Of a stretch of DNA of 64,000 bases, positions 27,391-44,171 are shown piece after piece. A program made the translations under genes and the position numbers. Under the pieces are notes generated by a model. It did no database searches. It was not told the DNA's origin and was given only the letters and a program-made list of their open reading frames with translations. This stretch comes from the human T2T-CHM13v2.0 reference genome, Homo sapiens: assembly GCF_009914755.1 (NCBI RefSeq), contig NC_060944.1; one strand, given 5' to 3'. The stretch's first letter is position 1. Each line of letters opens with the position of its first letter.

Positions 27391-30300
27391 GTAGGAGAAG
27401 CGCAGGTGGAGGGACCTGAGCCCGAGGAGTGGGGGTGGCGAAGGGCTACCTGACGTCCCAGCCCTGATCTGACCTTTCCGGGCTACCCTCCTGTCCTGAC
27501 CTCCCCCCCTCCCCACCCCATTGCAGCTCTAATTTCTTCTCAGTCGGCTTCTCCCTGACCTCTGCCCCCAAGCCCTGACCAACCCCAGTGCCATCCGGTC
27601 TGACCTGGCCTTCGAGAGGGGAGGGGATGGTTCAAGAAAGGAGAGAAAGAGATCCTCAGGGGTGTGCGTGAGTGGGGAGGACCCGGGGCTCATGAAGATA
27701 AATGTGAAGCTTAAAACAGGACCACAGGGCCCTATTCTGCCATAACCCACTCCTCTCTGCCTGAGTGCCAAGCCTGGGCTCAGGAAAGATCTCAGAAGTC
27801 CTTTCCTGCTCGCAAAGATCCTCAGTTCAGAATTGCAGCTCATTCACAACCTGCAAGGAGAGTCACAGAATTTGAGACAGCTAAATGAATATCCCGCCTA
27901 AACTTCTTGGACTTTTTGGAGAAAGATATGCTGGACCCAACTGGGGAGCCCTCAGGCTCCTTCTACTTCCTATGACCCCCTCTCCCCCAGCTAAGGGTCC
28001 TCCCCTTCCAACAGGGCCAAGGGGATTTGGAATCTTGAATCTGAGATTAGATGGCCACTGGCTGCCCTTTAATCCCGAACTGGTAAGGCAAAACTGAGGC
28101 TTTGTTCAAGCTGCCCACTTTCAGTCTTCTTCCTCTGCCAGAACTGAGGGTGCCTGCTGCACTGAGTTAAGTGGAGAGAGGAGGAATTCTAAACCTAGGG
28201 CTCCTCTTGAATCTGAATTGCTATTTAGTAGCTTAGGCCCTTCTGTGCTCTAACAGAATGAACTTGCTTACTATATGATCTTAGGCAAGCCGCCCTCCTC
28301 CTTCCAAGCCTCAGTTTCCTCTTCTGTGAAATGAGGGAGAATCCCTACTCCTCTTATCTCATTGTCTTATCATTGCATTATTCTTACCTGTTGGGATGGT
28401 CAGGTGAGAGGTCTGCATGAGGGCCCTGCAGACTGTAACATTTTAAGAGTGTGGGGAAAGCATGGAAAAAGTCACTCTAGAGATATAAAGGGTGATTACT
28501 GCTGTTGTTATATTTATTCTGCTACTTGTTAACACATTCTGCCTAACTCAGAAGATTCAGTTTGGGGCTGAGGGTTGAAAACAGGACTCCTAGGGTTTGT
28601 CCCAGCTGCTCACTTGCTGTGTCACTCTTGTTGTGTTGTCGAATCTCTCTGCCTTTGTTTCCCTATCTATTCCTGCCAAGATGATGTGTATATTCCACTT
28701 AGCTTATCCTGGAGGAAAAGGGGGCGGAGCTCTATCCACACAAGGTGGTGTTATTATTATTAGCGTGACACATAAAAATATTCATGTCTACATCCAGGAA
28801 CTAATCTGCATTTATCATTCTGTGCCCGAGTGGACAGATGGTGAAAGATATTTTTAGATTCTGAAATGGTAACTTCCTATTCTTGGTAGGAAGCTTCATC
28901 CCCCTTTTCCTTCAGCCTAAAGTGGGCCAGATGCCCCTCGACTCACTGGCTATCCCCCCATTCAGAATCCACTTACAAGAAACTAATACTTCTCTTCTTT
29001 GTTAAGCATAAACTGAGTTTCCCTCAAATAGGGCAAAAATGGCCATGGGTGTGGGGTCCCAGGGGAGTAGCTAGAATTGCTAAGGATCCCCTCAGCTCTA
29101 TGGTTTCTTGGATATGGATAAAAGGACTAGCTATTTCTACTATCTCCCATTTGCAAAATGAGGAGGCTGGGATGAGATAAGTTTGTAGGGATAACAATCT
29201 AATAGCTCTTAGGTTGAATGTGGCTTGTGGAAGTGTTTTGTGTGGCTTGCATAGTATTTTAAAAACCCAGAGTCGTAGCTTCCCTTTAAAAAAATTGGAT
29301 CTAGCAGTATCAATCCTGTAACAATTTAGAAAGAGTCTATGTGCTCTAATTTGTCCATCTTTCCCTTTGATCATATCTGTACTATTTCACTTAGACATGA
29401 AAGCCCTAATTTACAGTTCTATAACAATTATTTTATTAAACACTGACTTTGTGCCAAGCCTACTGGTTGCCTTTTTACCTGCTTTATTTCCTGTACCCCT
29501 TCTAATCATCCTGTCATGTGGTTAGCATTATAATTTCTACTTGACAGATGAGGGAATGGAGGCTCAGAGAGGGGGCATCCTTGTCCAAGGTCACACAGCT
29601 AGGAACTTGAAGAGCTGAGACTCCAGGCTCTCTGCCTTTAAAGCCTGAGTTCAATTTATCCACCTTGTAATTCTGCCACTAAAGTGTCCCTCAAGCTTAA
29701 AGAAGTATGAATCTGAGATTCCAAGATTCCAGTATGATAGAAAGTCAGGGCTTCTGTTGCACTGAGATAAGAATGTGAAAAGAGGGGCAGGGAGTTGAAC
29801 TATGTGGGTGAGGACGGGAACAGTGTGTATTGTGGGGAAAAGGCTGGATTCGGGGGTGGTCTGGTCAGGAGGCTGACATCTTTATCCTAGTTTGTAACTA
29901 TAGTTTGCTGGGTGACCTTGGGCAAGGCTCTTTCCATCTTTGGGTCTCGGTTTCCCTGTGTGTGAAATGAGATTCAATGTGATGACCTTAAGAGTTTCCC
30001 ATTCCTGAAATTCTGACTCTGGGTCTATTGCCAAAGCAAAAGCCTCTGGGCCCTTGCCCCCAAAATCTTTGGATTCTAAAATGGCTAAGGGCCTGGATAA
30101 ATGGAGGGAAAACCCAGAGAAGGTATAGAGAAGCTGCAGGGGCTGGCATTCCTAGAAATTAAGCAATGTTGGCCCAGCACATTTGCTTACCACGTGAGAT
30201 GTTCCCACAGATGTTCTGAGTGGTGGGGCCTGGGGTAATGAAGAGGGAGATGTGTGATTGAGTCCTCCAGAATCACACCTGGGAGGCTAGGCAGTCACTC

Positions 30301-31904
30301 ACCTCCTGATCCCATTTCCTCAATTCTGAATAAAATAATTATAATCATGAAGATATTTTTCAACCTCTTAGACTTGTAAAATCCTGAATTAAAAATTCAA
30401 ATGCTTTGAGGACCCAGGCAGGTAACAGACCATAAGACCATAAGATACAAGGGGTGTCAGACAAGAGGACATTCAGGGGCAAGTAGTGTCCGAGGAAAAG
30501 GGAAGCTCCAGCTGATCATGCCATGAGAAATCGTGGACCCAGTCTTGATTTCTCAAGAGAAATGGGAAATTGGGATTTTTCCGTGAACTCTCCAAAATTT
30601 AACTACTAATTAAAATGTTTAAAAATAGTGTCAACCAAAGGAAACATATTTATTAGCCTGTCTTCTTTGTAACCTCTGGTTTAGCTCTTCAAATTGATAA
30701 GGTCTTTTCACACAGAAGATTTTATTACTAATTTAAACATAAAATGAAGCTCTGAAGAGAGAGAGGAGGAGAAAGCATACACAGACACTGCACACCTACC
30801 GTGTCCCCACAGGCCCTGTGTGAGTGTTTCAGGCATGTGATCTCATGTTACTCTGAAACCCTCCCCCCTGGTGACTATTGATATACCCATTTATCAGATA
30901 AGGAACCTTGTCCAAAAGTCACCCACTGAGGAAGTGAGGAAAGGTGATCAGTCCCAAACCTAGCTCTATCTTTTACACCACACACTGGCTACTTTGGGAC
31001 ATGCCAGAACAATATCTTTGTGCACAGAGAGATTGAACTCTGAGGGAACAGCAAACAGATCCTCTGGCGGGGCACGAAGCTGGCTGTGGCCTGGACACCA
31101 ACCTGCAACTTCATCCCTCCCTTCCCTTTAAACTCTCTGAGCTGTTAAACTGCCCAGGGTTCTTAAGCTAATTAAAGTCCTAACCCTGTCCCCTCTGACC
31201 CTGTAGGCAGCAGAGCAGTAAGCCATGAATCCTGCTTTTCCTAATCTTGAGCTCAGTGGGCCCCAGCTTCACCCAGATAAGCATGGTTTGCTAAGCCAAT
31301 TAGTGGGAGACGATCTGACATGGGATTCCTGCCAGGCTTTCGGGATCTGGGAACCCCAAAATGGGGAGAAAATTAGGCAATTGGGATTTAGGGGCCCTCC
31401 CTCTAATGCCCTCTCTATGCATAGGCCCAGACACTGCACTCTATGTCACCTAAGAAGCCCTGCATGACAGAGAAGTTCTGGAATGAGTTAGTGACCTATT
31501 GGAAGGAAATGTCAGGCTCTGGATTTCCCCTCTGGGAAACTACATTCTTGGCATAACGGTTGAGAGGGTTGAGAGCACGGACTCTAGATTCAAGTGTCCT
31601 CAGTTTAAATCCAGACTTTACTACTTCTTATATGTGACCTTGACAAGGCAAATAATCTCTCATCCGTTGTAAACTAGGGACCAAAATTGTACCCACCCGC
31701 CTCTTAGGTTGTTTCAAGGTTTAATGAGATAATGTGTAAGGGTTCAGCAAAGGGCTCATTCCATCGTTAAATGCTCAGAAACTGCTGGCAATGATTAGTG
31801 CATTAGCTTGGGCTTTGCTCCCTGTGGAACAAAGCTTTGTTCACGGAGCACATGGCAGGACAGCAAGGGGGTCCTGAAGTCCCTTGAAGCCATAATGACA
31901 TGGC

Positions 31905-33038
<1,134 letters not shown>

Positions 33039-34938
33039 TCAGCATCCACTCTCTGGAATCAGCCATATCCTGCACCTGCCACTTTCTGTGATTTGGGGCA
33101 AGTGGCATGACTTGTCTGTGCCTTGATTTTCTCATCTGCTAAATGGACACTCTAATAATAGCACCTATCGCATGGTGCTTGAGGTAGTAGAAAATTAAAT
33201 AATGTTTAGTGTTCAGCACAGTGCCTGGAACATAGGAAGTTCTCAACAATGATAATTAGACATTGTTATTTGTAAAACAGGTCAGGGGTTGGATTCCATC
33301 ATTTTCAAACTGTGTTTTATAGCCCTGTCTCCATCATTTTAACCCAAGTATCTCTGAATGTCTCTTTTATGACATGTCTAAGATTTTGTTTTGAATAATC
33401 TGTCCTACAGCTGACACTTGATTACAGTCCCCTGAACTCAGTGACCATCCATGAGGTTCCTCCCTGCTCTGCCTTTGTAGGGTTGTTCCAGTTTGGGCCT
33501 CACCACTCACCTCCTGGGAGACCCCTCTCCAGGAGGCTCTCCACCCCCACCCTGCCTCCTCCCCTTGCCCATCCAGCTGCCATGGACCATTAGAGCTGCT
33601 CCTAACAGACACAGCGGCGGCGGTTGGGCCCAGCGTCCCCTGTTTGATCTATAAAGACCACACAGGAGAAGCTCTGGGGAGTGGGAGGGCGGAGGGCTGC
33701 CAGGAAATGGCTTTGAACCCAGCATCTGGGGCGCAGGTCCCTGGGGAGAGGAGGGAGGATGGTTGGGATCTTCTCTGGCCTCTCTGTTCACCACCCTGCC
33801 TTTGTTAGGGCATCCAAATTCCTCCCCTGGGAAATCCTATCAGCCTCCGGTTATCACCCCCAACCCCCAATCCCGCCTCCACCTGCAGGCAGAGCGATGG
33901 CTCCCCTATGTCCCTAGAGCAAGTCCCTGTGCTTTAGCCTGGCTTTGAGGCCCTTTGCCCCCTGATCTTTTGTCTTTCCTCCCTGCTCTACCCACATGAC
34001 AACCTGCTCCCCACCCCCTTGCTCTCCATTGCCTGCAGTCCTTCCTCCAGCAACACCCAACACCAGTTTCCAGTCTCCTCCCAGTGAAATTCTGCACGTC
34101 CTTCCAGGCTGAGCTCAAATGCCACCTCTTCTAAGAAGCTTTCTCTGAACAAATCCCACACATGCTACCCTCTGCCCCCCAGAAACCACCTCCCACTCAC
34201 TCAACCAGGCAAAAGTCATTGTTCTAAAGTGGAAAATGTTTGGCTGTTTTGTCTGTTGATCAAAAAGCTATACATTCTTGTTGAAACCTCAGGCAATATA
34301 GAAAAGGCATAAAGAGATTCCCCTCTGCTCATTATCTCTTGGGGCGGGAGGGGTGGGGTCAGGGGAGATTTCCACTTATTAAGTAGATATTTCTTGCATT
34401 GCTTGAAGATTTTGCCTCTGGTTTTCAGTTAGCTAAAAAAATGCATGTATAGATTTGTCTATTTTTTAAAAATCAGTATAAAAATGAAATTTATTATACT
34501 TACTGTTTATTAAGACTTAGATTCGATCATTTCTCTTGACAATCCTGCCAGGTAGAGACTGCGAGGATGAAGAAGAGAACTGTAGACCCAAAACCCTGGC
34601 TCTGCCACATATGAGCTGTGTGGCTTTGAGCAAGTCACTTAACCTTTCTGGACCTCAGCTTTCTCATCTGTGAAATGGGCATCATAACAATCCCTACCCA
34701 GGTCTCCATTGTGAAGGCTGATTCAATTAATATATATGTGCTCTGCACAGTACTCAGCACATAGTGGTGCTCAGTTAGTGTTTGCTAGCATTATTGGCCC
34801 CATTTTACAGATGTGGAAATTGAGGCACAGAGAAGAGTGGCCTTCCAATTCATAAGGAGCAAAGCTAGGGTTTGAAGCCATGAGGTCAGGCTCCCAAACC
34901 CACATGTGGAACCACCAAACTATACTGTCTTCTGCTAG

Positions 34939-35504
<566 letters not shown>

Positions 35505-36729
35505 TGAGGCTTTGTTGCTTTTTCTTTCTGTCTCCCATGGTGACTAGCACAGATTAGATCCTCTGTTACTGTTGGTGGTCTTGCACCCAGCCAGCTCTAG
35601 TGAGGTCTATGGTGGGTTCTTGCAACATGAAGCCAGTTGAAGCTGGCATTTGGCAGGGTGCTGAATGTGCGAGCTTTCTGCAGTTGTGGACACAGCACTG
35701 AGGTCTGTTAGGCCTACATCCACAGCCTTTAAAACTGTCCACGGCCTAAGGCTAAGGAAAGAGGAGGTAGTAGGAACAACCCTGGGTTGGGTTCCCAGAA
35801 TGATACAGTTGTGGCTGACTTAGGAGATGGAGGAAGTCAAGTTCCTTGTATGCAGTAGGTACTCAATAAATGTTGGTGTGAACTGGATTGAACCTTTGAG
35901 ATCAGAATCTTGGACAAGTCACTTCGCACCTAGGGTTCAGTTACTCCATCTGTAAAGTAACTTCAGAATTCTGGTGAGTTTTCCTAGGACTTGGACAAGA
36001 AAGCAGAGTAGCTGAGAGCTTGGGGCACCAGCGCAGATCAAGGAGCCATGACATCCTAGTTGCGTGACCCTGGGGAAGTTGCTCCACCAGCCACAGCTCC
36101 TGTCTCATCTGTGAAATGGGGATAGTGATAGTATCCACATCTTAAGGTTTTTATAAGGATGTCTTGAGATAATGTAAATGCACAGGGCTTGTCACATAGT
36201 ATATGCCCAGAAAACATCTACTACAATGACTATTATTATTGGCCCAAGTCACAGCCCATCCTACTTGCTTAGTAACAAGATGGGGTTAGGACAGGGGCAT
36301 AAGGGGTCCTAACTCTCACCCACTGACCCCCTATCGAGGAAGGAGAGTTGTTCTATGGCTCCAGAGATACTGTGAGGGCAGATGCGAACTCAAAGTAAAG
36401 GGAGGCACAGTCTTTGGAATAGAAGCAAGAACACACTGTCAATCAGGCTGTTCCCGAGGGTGTGAACTCCACATCAGCAGAGGTGTCCAGATGGAAGTGG
36501 CTAACTTTGGCAGGGATGCTGTATCAGGGACTCTTGCTTCAGTCTGGAGGATAAACTAGATGATCTCTAAAGCCCCTTAGTTCTGTGTCTGTAGCTCTAT
36601 CCTTGGGACTTTATGATACTCGCTTCCATGATGTTTAACCACCAGACCACAGGTTGCAAATCAGTGGCCTATGGGCAAATCCAGCCTCAAGAGTGTTGGT
36701 TTGGTCCGCAAAGGACTTTTTTCTCCTAC

Positions 36730-37040
36730 TTTTTTTTTTTATTTTTTTTGCTTTTTGAGATGGTCACGCTCTGTTGCCTAGGCTGAAGTGCAGTGGCACG
36801 ATCTCAGTTCACTCTAGCCTCCGCCTCCCAGACTCAAGCGATCCTCCTGCCTCAGCCTCCTGAGTAGCTAGGACTACAGGTACACACCACCATGCCCAGC
36901 TAATTTTAAGACAATTTTTTTGTAGGGGCAGGGTCTCACTATATTGCCCAGGCTGGTCTTGAACTCCTGGGCTCAAGTGTTCCTCCTGCCTTGGCCTCCC
37001 AAAGTGCTGGGATTGCAGGCGTGAGCCACTGTGCTGGTTC
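36730..37040 (-). mobile_element. AluJ
   Basis: Antisense dimer; TSD-like ttctc(c/t)tacttttt. Confidence 0.9.
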
Positions 37041-37172
37041 TTCTCTTACTTTTTATTAAAACCTTTTATTGCAGAAAAATTTAAACACTTGAAAAAGTTG
37101 AGGAAATGGGATAATGATCCCCTACCACCTCTCTTCAACAATTATTGATTCCTGGCCAACCTTGTTTTATCT

Positions 37173-37390
37173 AGGGCAGCACCATCCAGTAGAACTTTCT
37201 GCAGTCATGAAAATGTCCTATATCTGCACTATCCAATATAGTAGCCACTATAGAGCACTTGGCATGTGGCCGGTATGACTGAGGAACTAAATTTTAAACT
37301 CTTTACTTGTAATTATTTACTTGTAATTAATCAAAATCTAAATAATCATACATGGCAAGCATTGAACATGTAGGTGTTAGAGAGCATAGT
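37173..37390. mobile_element. MER3-like hAT DNA transposon
   Basis: ccagtagaactttctgcagt...ctatatctgcactatccaatatagtagccacta...atgtggc...actgaggaactaaatttt. Confidence 0.7.
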
Positions 37391-37443
37391 TGCAGGCCCC
37401 ACCCCATTTCCTTCCCTTCCGTGTTATTTTCAAGCAAATTTCA

Positions 37444-37783
<340 letters not shown>

Positions 37784-37829
37784 TTAAAATATGTAATACT
37801 GCTATCACACCTACAAAATGGAATTATGA

Positions 37830-38010
37830 TTTCTTTTTTTCTTTTCTTTTTCTTTTTTTTTTAAAGAGAAGGTTTCACTCTGCCACCCAGGCAAGAATGC
37901 AGTGCCACAGTCATGGCTTACTGAAGCCTGGAACTCTTGGGCTCAAGAGATCCTCCCACCTTGGCCTCCCAAAGTGCTGGGATCACAGGCATAAGCCACT
38001 ACACCAGCCT
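37830..38010 (-). mobile_element. Alu fragment/monomer
   Basis: Poly-T, ctctgccacccagg...gcctcccaaagtgctggg. Confidence 0.8.
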
Positions 38011-39253
38011 AATTTCTTAAAAATTCATATGGTATTTCTTTAATTTATTGTGAACATTTCCAAATTGAGATTTTCCCCTTGTTTTTCTTTTTGCATAAAT
38101 ATCCTAATATCCACCTATTCTTGAAAAATTGAAACTCCAGCCATGTTGGGCTCATATTCTCCCAGGGCATCAGTTGGCTGGAACTGACAGGTGGCTGCCT
38201 CTGTAGACAGGCCACATAGTTCCCCAGTCCCTCATAATGATAGCAGCTGAGCCCCTTTAAGCATTGGCATTTGAGACCCTGGCTACCATGTAGAATCTCA
38301 CACCCAGACTAGGGGCAGATACAAGTGATGTTTTCTCCCTGCCTTGGTCCCGTGATACCTTCAGATGCCATCGGGAGGATGGAATCTAACCCCCTCCCCC
38401 ACTGGCTTATGACATACCAAATCCACATGAGGATATCAAGCAAAGAGAGAAAGGGGGAACAAAAGGCCTTGGGCTAGAGTATGGGGTCCTGGGTTTTAGT
38501 CTCTTCTCTGCACCCATTTCACAGATGGGGAAACTGAGGTCCAGAGAGGAGAGGAGAGCTGGCTGCATTCATACAGTGAGGGATGTGGGAGGCCAGAACC
38601 TAGTCCCCAAATGCTTTGCTGAAGAGGGGCTGCCCATTCCTCTGCTGTGCAAAAGAGGGACGCTGGCTGGGAGCTGATGAGGGTGAGTGGGATGGGAGAG
38701 GGTCTCAGCTTCTCAGTTAGGGCCTAAAATTAGTGGCTGGGAAATGTTTGGCTTTAGCCCAGAAAAAAAAAAAAAAAAAAAAGAGGTGCTGTGACTCTGT
38801 AGGGGGCTGCTAAGGAGGAGGGAGACAGCCCAGCTCCAGCTCCCAGCACCACATGAAATGGGAGCCAAACGTGTAAAATCACATTCTTTACTGACATTTA
38901 TGACTCATTTGGCTGACAACCCCAGGAAGGTCCTATTTTGTATTCTTGCAGGAGCACTCAACGTTAAGGGGTAGGCAGATGGGGAGGGGGCCTCAGGGCC
39001 ATCCCCCCAACCCCCCGCAAAAGTTTCTGGGCTTCATTGCAGGTGAGGAGGCTATATAGCTGGGAACCCAATGTTTCCTAGAGAACCCATAGACCAGATT
39101 TGGGTTCCCATGCCCCACGGTGAAATGGGGGAGTTGGCCAGCCCTGGTTTGGGATGCAACTCTGATGCTTTCTGGCCATGTGACCTTGGGCAAGTCATTT
39201 CTCTAATGGCTCTAGACTCTATTCCCCTGTGTCCGGGCCATCCTTACCTCTCA

Positions 39254-40385
<1,132 letters not shown>

Positions 40386-40869
40386 TCACGTCTCCACTTC
40401 GTGTCGTGCTTTCTTCCCTTTCTTCTCCCTCCTTCTCTGACGGCAGCCATTCTGACCACTTACTGCTCCCTCCCACTTCAGGACTTTTGCCTATGTTGTT
40501 TCCTCAGCCAGAGGCTACCTTCCCTGCCTCCTTTACCTGGTTAACTCCTATGTCTGCTTCAGATCGTGGCTCAGTAGTCACCTCCTCTAGAAAGCCTTCC
40601 CTGACTGCCACACCCTTCCCAAGCTGGGCCTGGCTGTCCTCCAATAGCACTGCCATCCACAGTGCTGAAGCAGGGACCTCTGTTTGGAGCATTTCTGGAG
40701 CCCATGGAACATGCTTGTTGTTACATGTTTACTTGATGATTTAGTTAATCTTCAGGTCCCCATTAAACTGAGTTCCACCAGTGGGTTGGGTCTGTCTTGC
40801 ACACCATTGTGTCCACGAGCCATTTTAGCACAGTTTGGGGTACATAGAAGGTACTCAAAAGTGCTTGGT

Positions 40870-41277
<408 letters not shown>

Positions 41278-42296
41278 TTAGCGAAGTACATATAAAAGGT
41301 ATTTGATGAGTGGTAGTTATTTTCTGGGGGGCAGGCAGAGACCCCAAAGAATACTTGCCCTGTGAACCTGTCCCAAAGGTGCTTTCTGACCCAGTGTCCC
41401 TCGGGGACAGGTTCAACGAGCACCAGGGGAAAGCCAGCCTAGAAGTGGGTCTCAGCTGTGCCAGAAACCAAACTTCCTTCTTACTGATGGGGCCTCTGAT
41501 TCAAAAAGCTCCTTGAAACCTTCCATTGATCAAGTGCCCAACACTGAGCTGGGCGTTTTACACACATTACTACTTTCTGATTTCACAGCCACCCTGTAAA
41601 TGGGTATTGGGCTGATGGGTCCAGAGACGGGAGGCAACTTGTCTGGGGCTACATAGTCAGTAAGAGATGGAGCTAGGATCTGAGCCCAGGCCTGACTCTT
41701 TCACCTGGGTTCTTTCCCTCTGTTCTTGGCCACTTTTACTTAAGAAGTTTACAAAGCAGAGTTTATAAAGTATAATCACTCTCTTCATTCATTCACTCAC
41801 TCAACAAATGACTGTACATTAACGATGTGCCAGGCACTGGGCATGTAGCAGAGGACACCATAAACATGGTCCCCACTCTCATGGAGCCTGCAGTGCTAGG
41901 GGAAAGACAGGCAATAAATATGTAAACAAGTAAATGAGATGGTTTCAGGTTGTGATGTGTGTTACTTAAAAAAACAGGGTAACATGACAGAAAGTGACCA
42001 GAGAGGCTGCAGAAGTGCTTTGCGGGGTTACAGGCAGTGGTGAGGGGGATGGCTGGGAAAGCTCTCTGAAGAGGTGACATTGAGCTGAGATGGGAGAATG
42101 AGAGTTTGACAGGCGTTAGTGAGGACCTTTCTAGGCAGAGGCCCTGGGGTTGGAGTGAGCTTGGTGTGTTCAGGAAGCAGGAGCTGGAGCATGGGAGAGA
42201 GGGAGGGTGGTGGGAGAGGGTCCCCGGGAGGGACAAAGGTTGTGTCCTCCTGGACCTCAAGGGTCATGGTGAAGAGTTAATTTTAAAAGTAGTGGG

Positions 42297-42905
<609 letters not shown>

Positions 42906-44171
42906 AAGTAGTGGGGAGTGGCCTGCCCTTACCTAGGAGTTTACAAGATCCCCCTGCTGTTGTGTGAAGACAAGGCTTGAAGAGGGCAAGGATGGAAGCA
43001 AGCACCCCAGGGAAGCTGCCGGAATGAGGTGGCTTGGACCAGGGTGTTGACACCAGGGTAGAGAGAAGGACTTGGGTTCAGGACATAGCTGTGGAACATT
43101 AATGTTATCAGAGTTGGATGGGTGGGGAGGGGCTTGATGAACATCCCTTGGTGTAGACAAGAATCAGTTACTTGGGCTTGGGCCCATTTTATAGAAGAAG
43201 ATTGAGGCCCATCGAGGAGCTGGGCTTTCCTGGAATCACCTTGGTCTCCTGACTCTTCACTTACTATTGTTGCCTGTCTCCCAGTTTTCTCTAAACCCAT
43301 ATAATCCCAAGTGAAACCTGAGGTCCATTGTGTCTTACCGGGGTCCTATCAGGATCCTGCTGGGCAGCCGTACTGCACACCTTCCAGGCGAGGGAAGCTG
43401 CCACGTAGGCAGCCGAGGCAACAGGGGAATCCCGTGGGATGAGACTTGTCCTTCCTCATCCCTGCTCTGGCTCAGGAGGCCATGAAGAGCCAGGGCTGAG
43501 TCCTAGATCTGGCACTAACTTGCTGTGTGACTTGGGACGAGTCCTGGTCCCTTTCTAGGTCTGTTTCTCATCTGTGAAATAAGGATAATGGTAGTCCCTG
43601 CTTCGAAGATTTGTTAAGAGGGATGGATACGTTCATATGTATAAAAAGTCTCAGCACAGCCTGTCATCCAGCTGGGACTCAGTAAGTGTGAGCTGTTATC
43701 CTTATTAGTAACCACTGCACACTGTCCCCCTGCAGACCTACAGACTAACTATGGGCTCAGCTGGGGGGATGTCCTACCCCTGCCCATCAGTCCTGGCTCT
43801 CCCATCTGCCTCCCAGCCCCACCCTGTTCACTCTGTAGGGATCTGCAGACCCTGGCCCGCATTGAGACTAGGGAGCTAGCCAGCATGAGGGTGGTTCCTG
43901 GATGGAGAGGCAGCGGGGGAGCCACTGGAAGCTGCTGTGTGTTTGGCCCAGAACTGTGAGGGGGAGTGGGGAGGGGCGAGAACACACACTCGGAAATGCT
44001 GAGACCGACAGATGGAGGAGCTGAGGATGTGAGAGACACAGACAGACAGAGAGAGACCCAGAGTCAGGGAGAGGAGGAGCAGGCAGGGGAGGATGGCCAG
44101 AAAACTGGCAGTCACACCAAGCCACGAGCTGAGCAACAAATCAGCAGATGGACCAAGCAGTCGAGGGACTA

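Larger units (their letters stand above)
26540..27480 (+). promoter_or_regulatory. XKR7: XKR7 CpG island and promoter
   Basis: High CpG; tandem GC boxes 26646-26665; ETS CCGGAAGT 26773-26780; GGA/GAA purine tract 26689-26728; strong Kozak gccaacATGG. Confidence 0.85.

Noticed and set aside
26335-27453. Overlapping alternative-frame and antisense ORFs over XKR7 exon 1 (e.g. 26683-27453, 256 aa)
   Set aside because: GC-rich shadow ORFs, mostly with non-ATG starts, low complexity and no recognisable domain
43397-43413. Small inverted repeat GCTGCC-ACGTA-GGCAGC in a CpG-containing patch
   Set aside because: 6-bp arms are expected by chance in 64 kb
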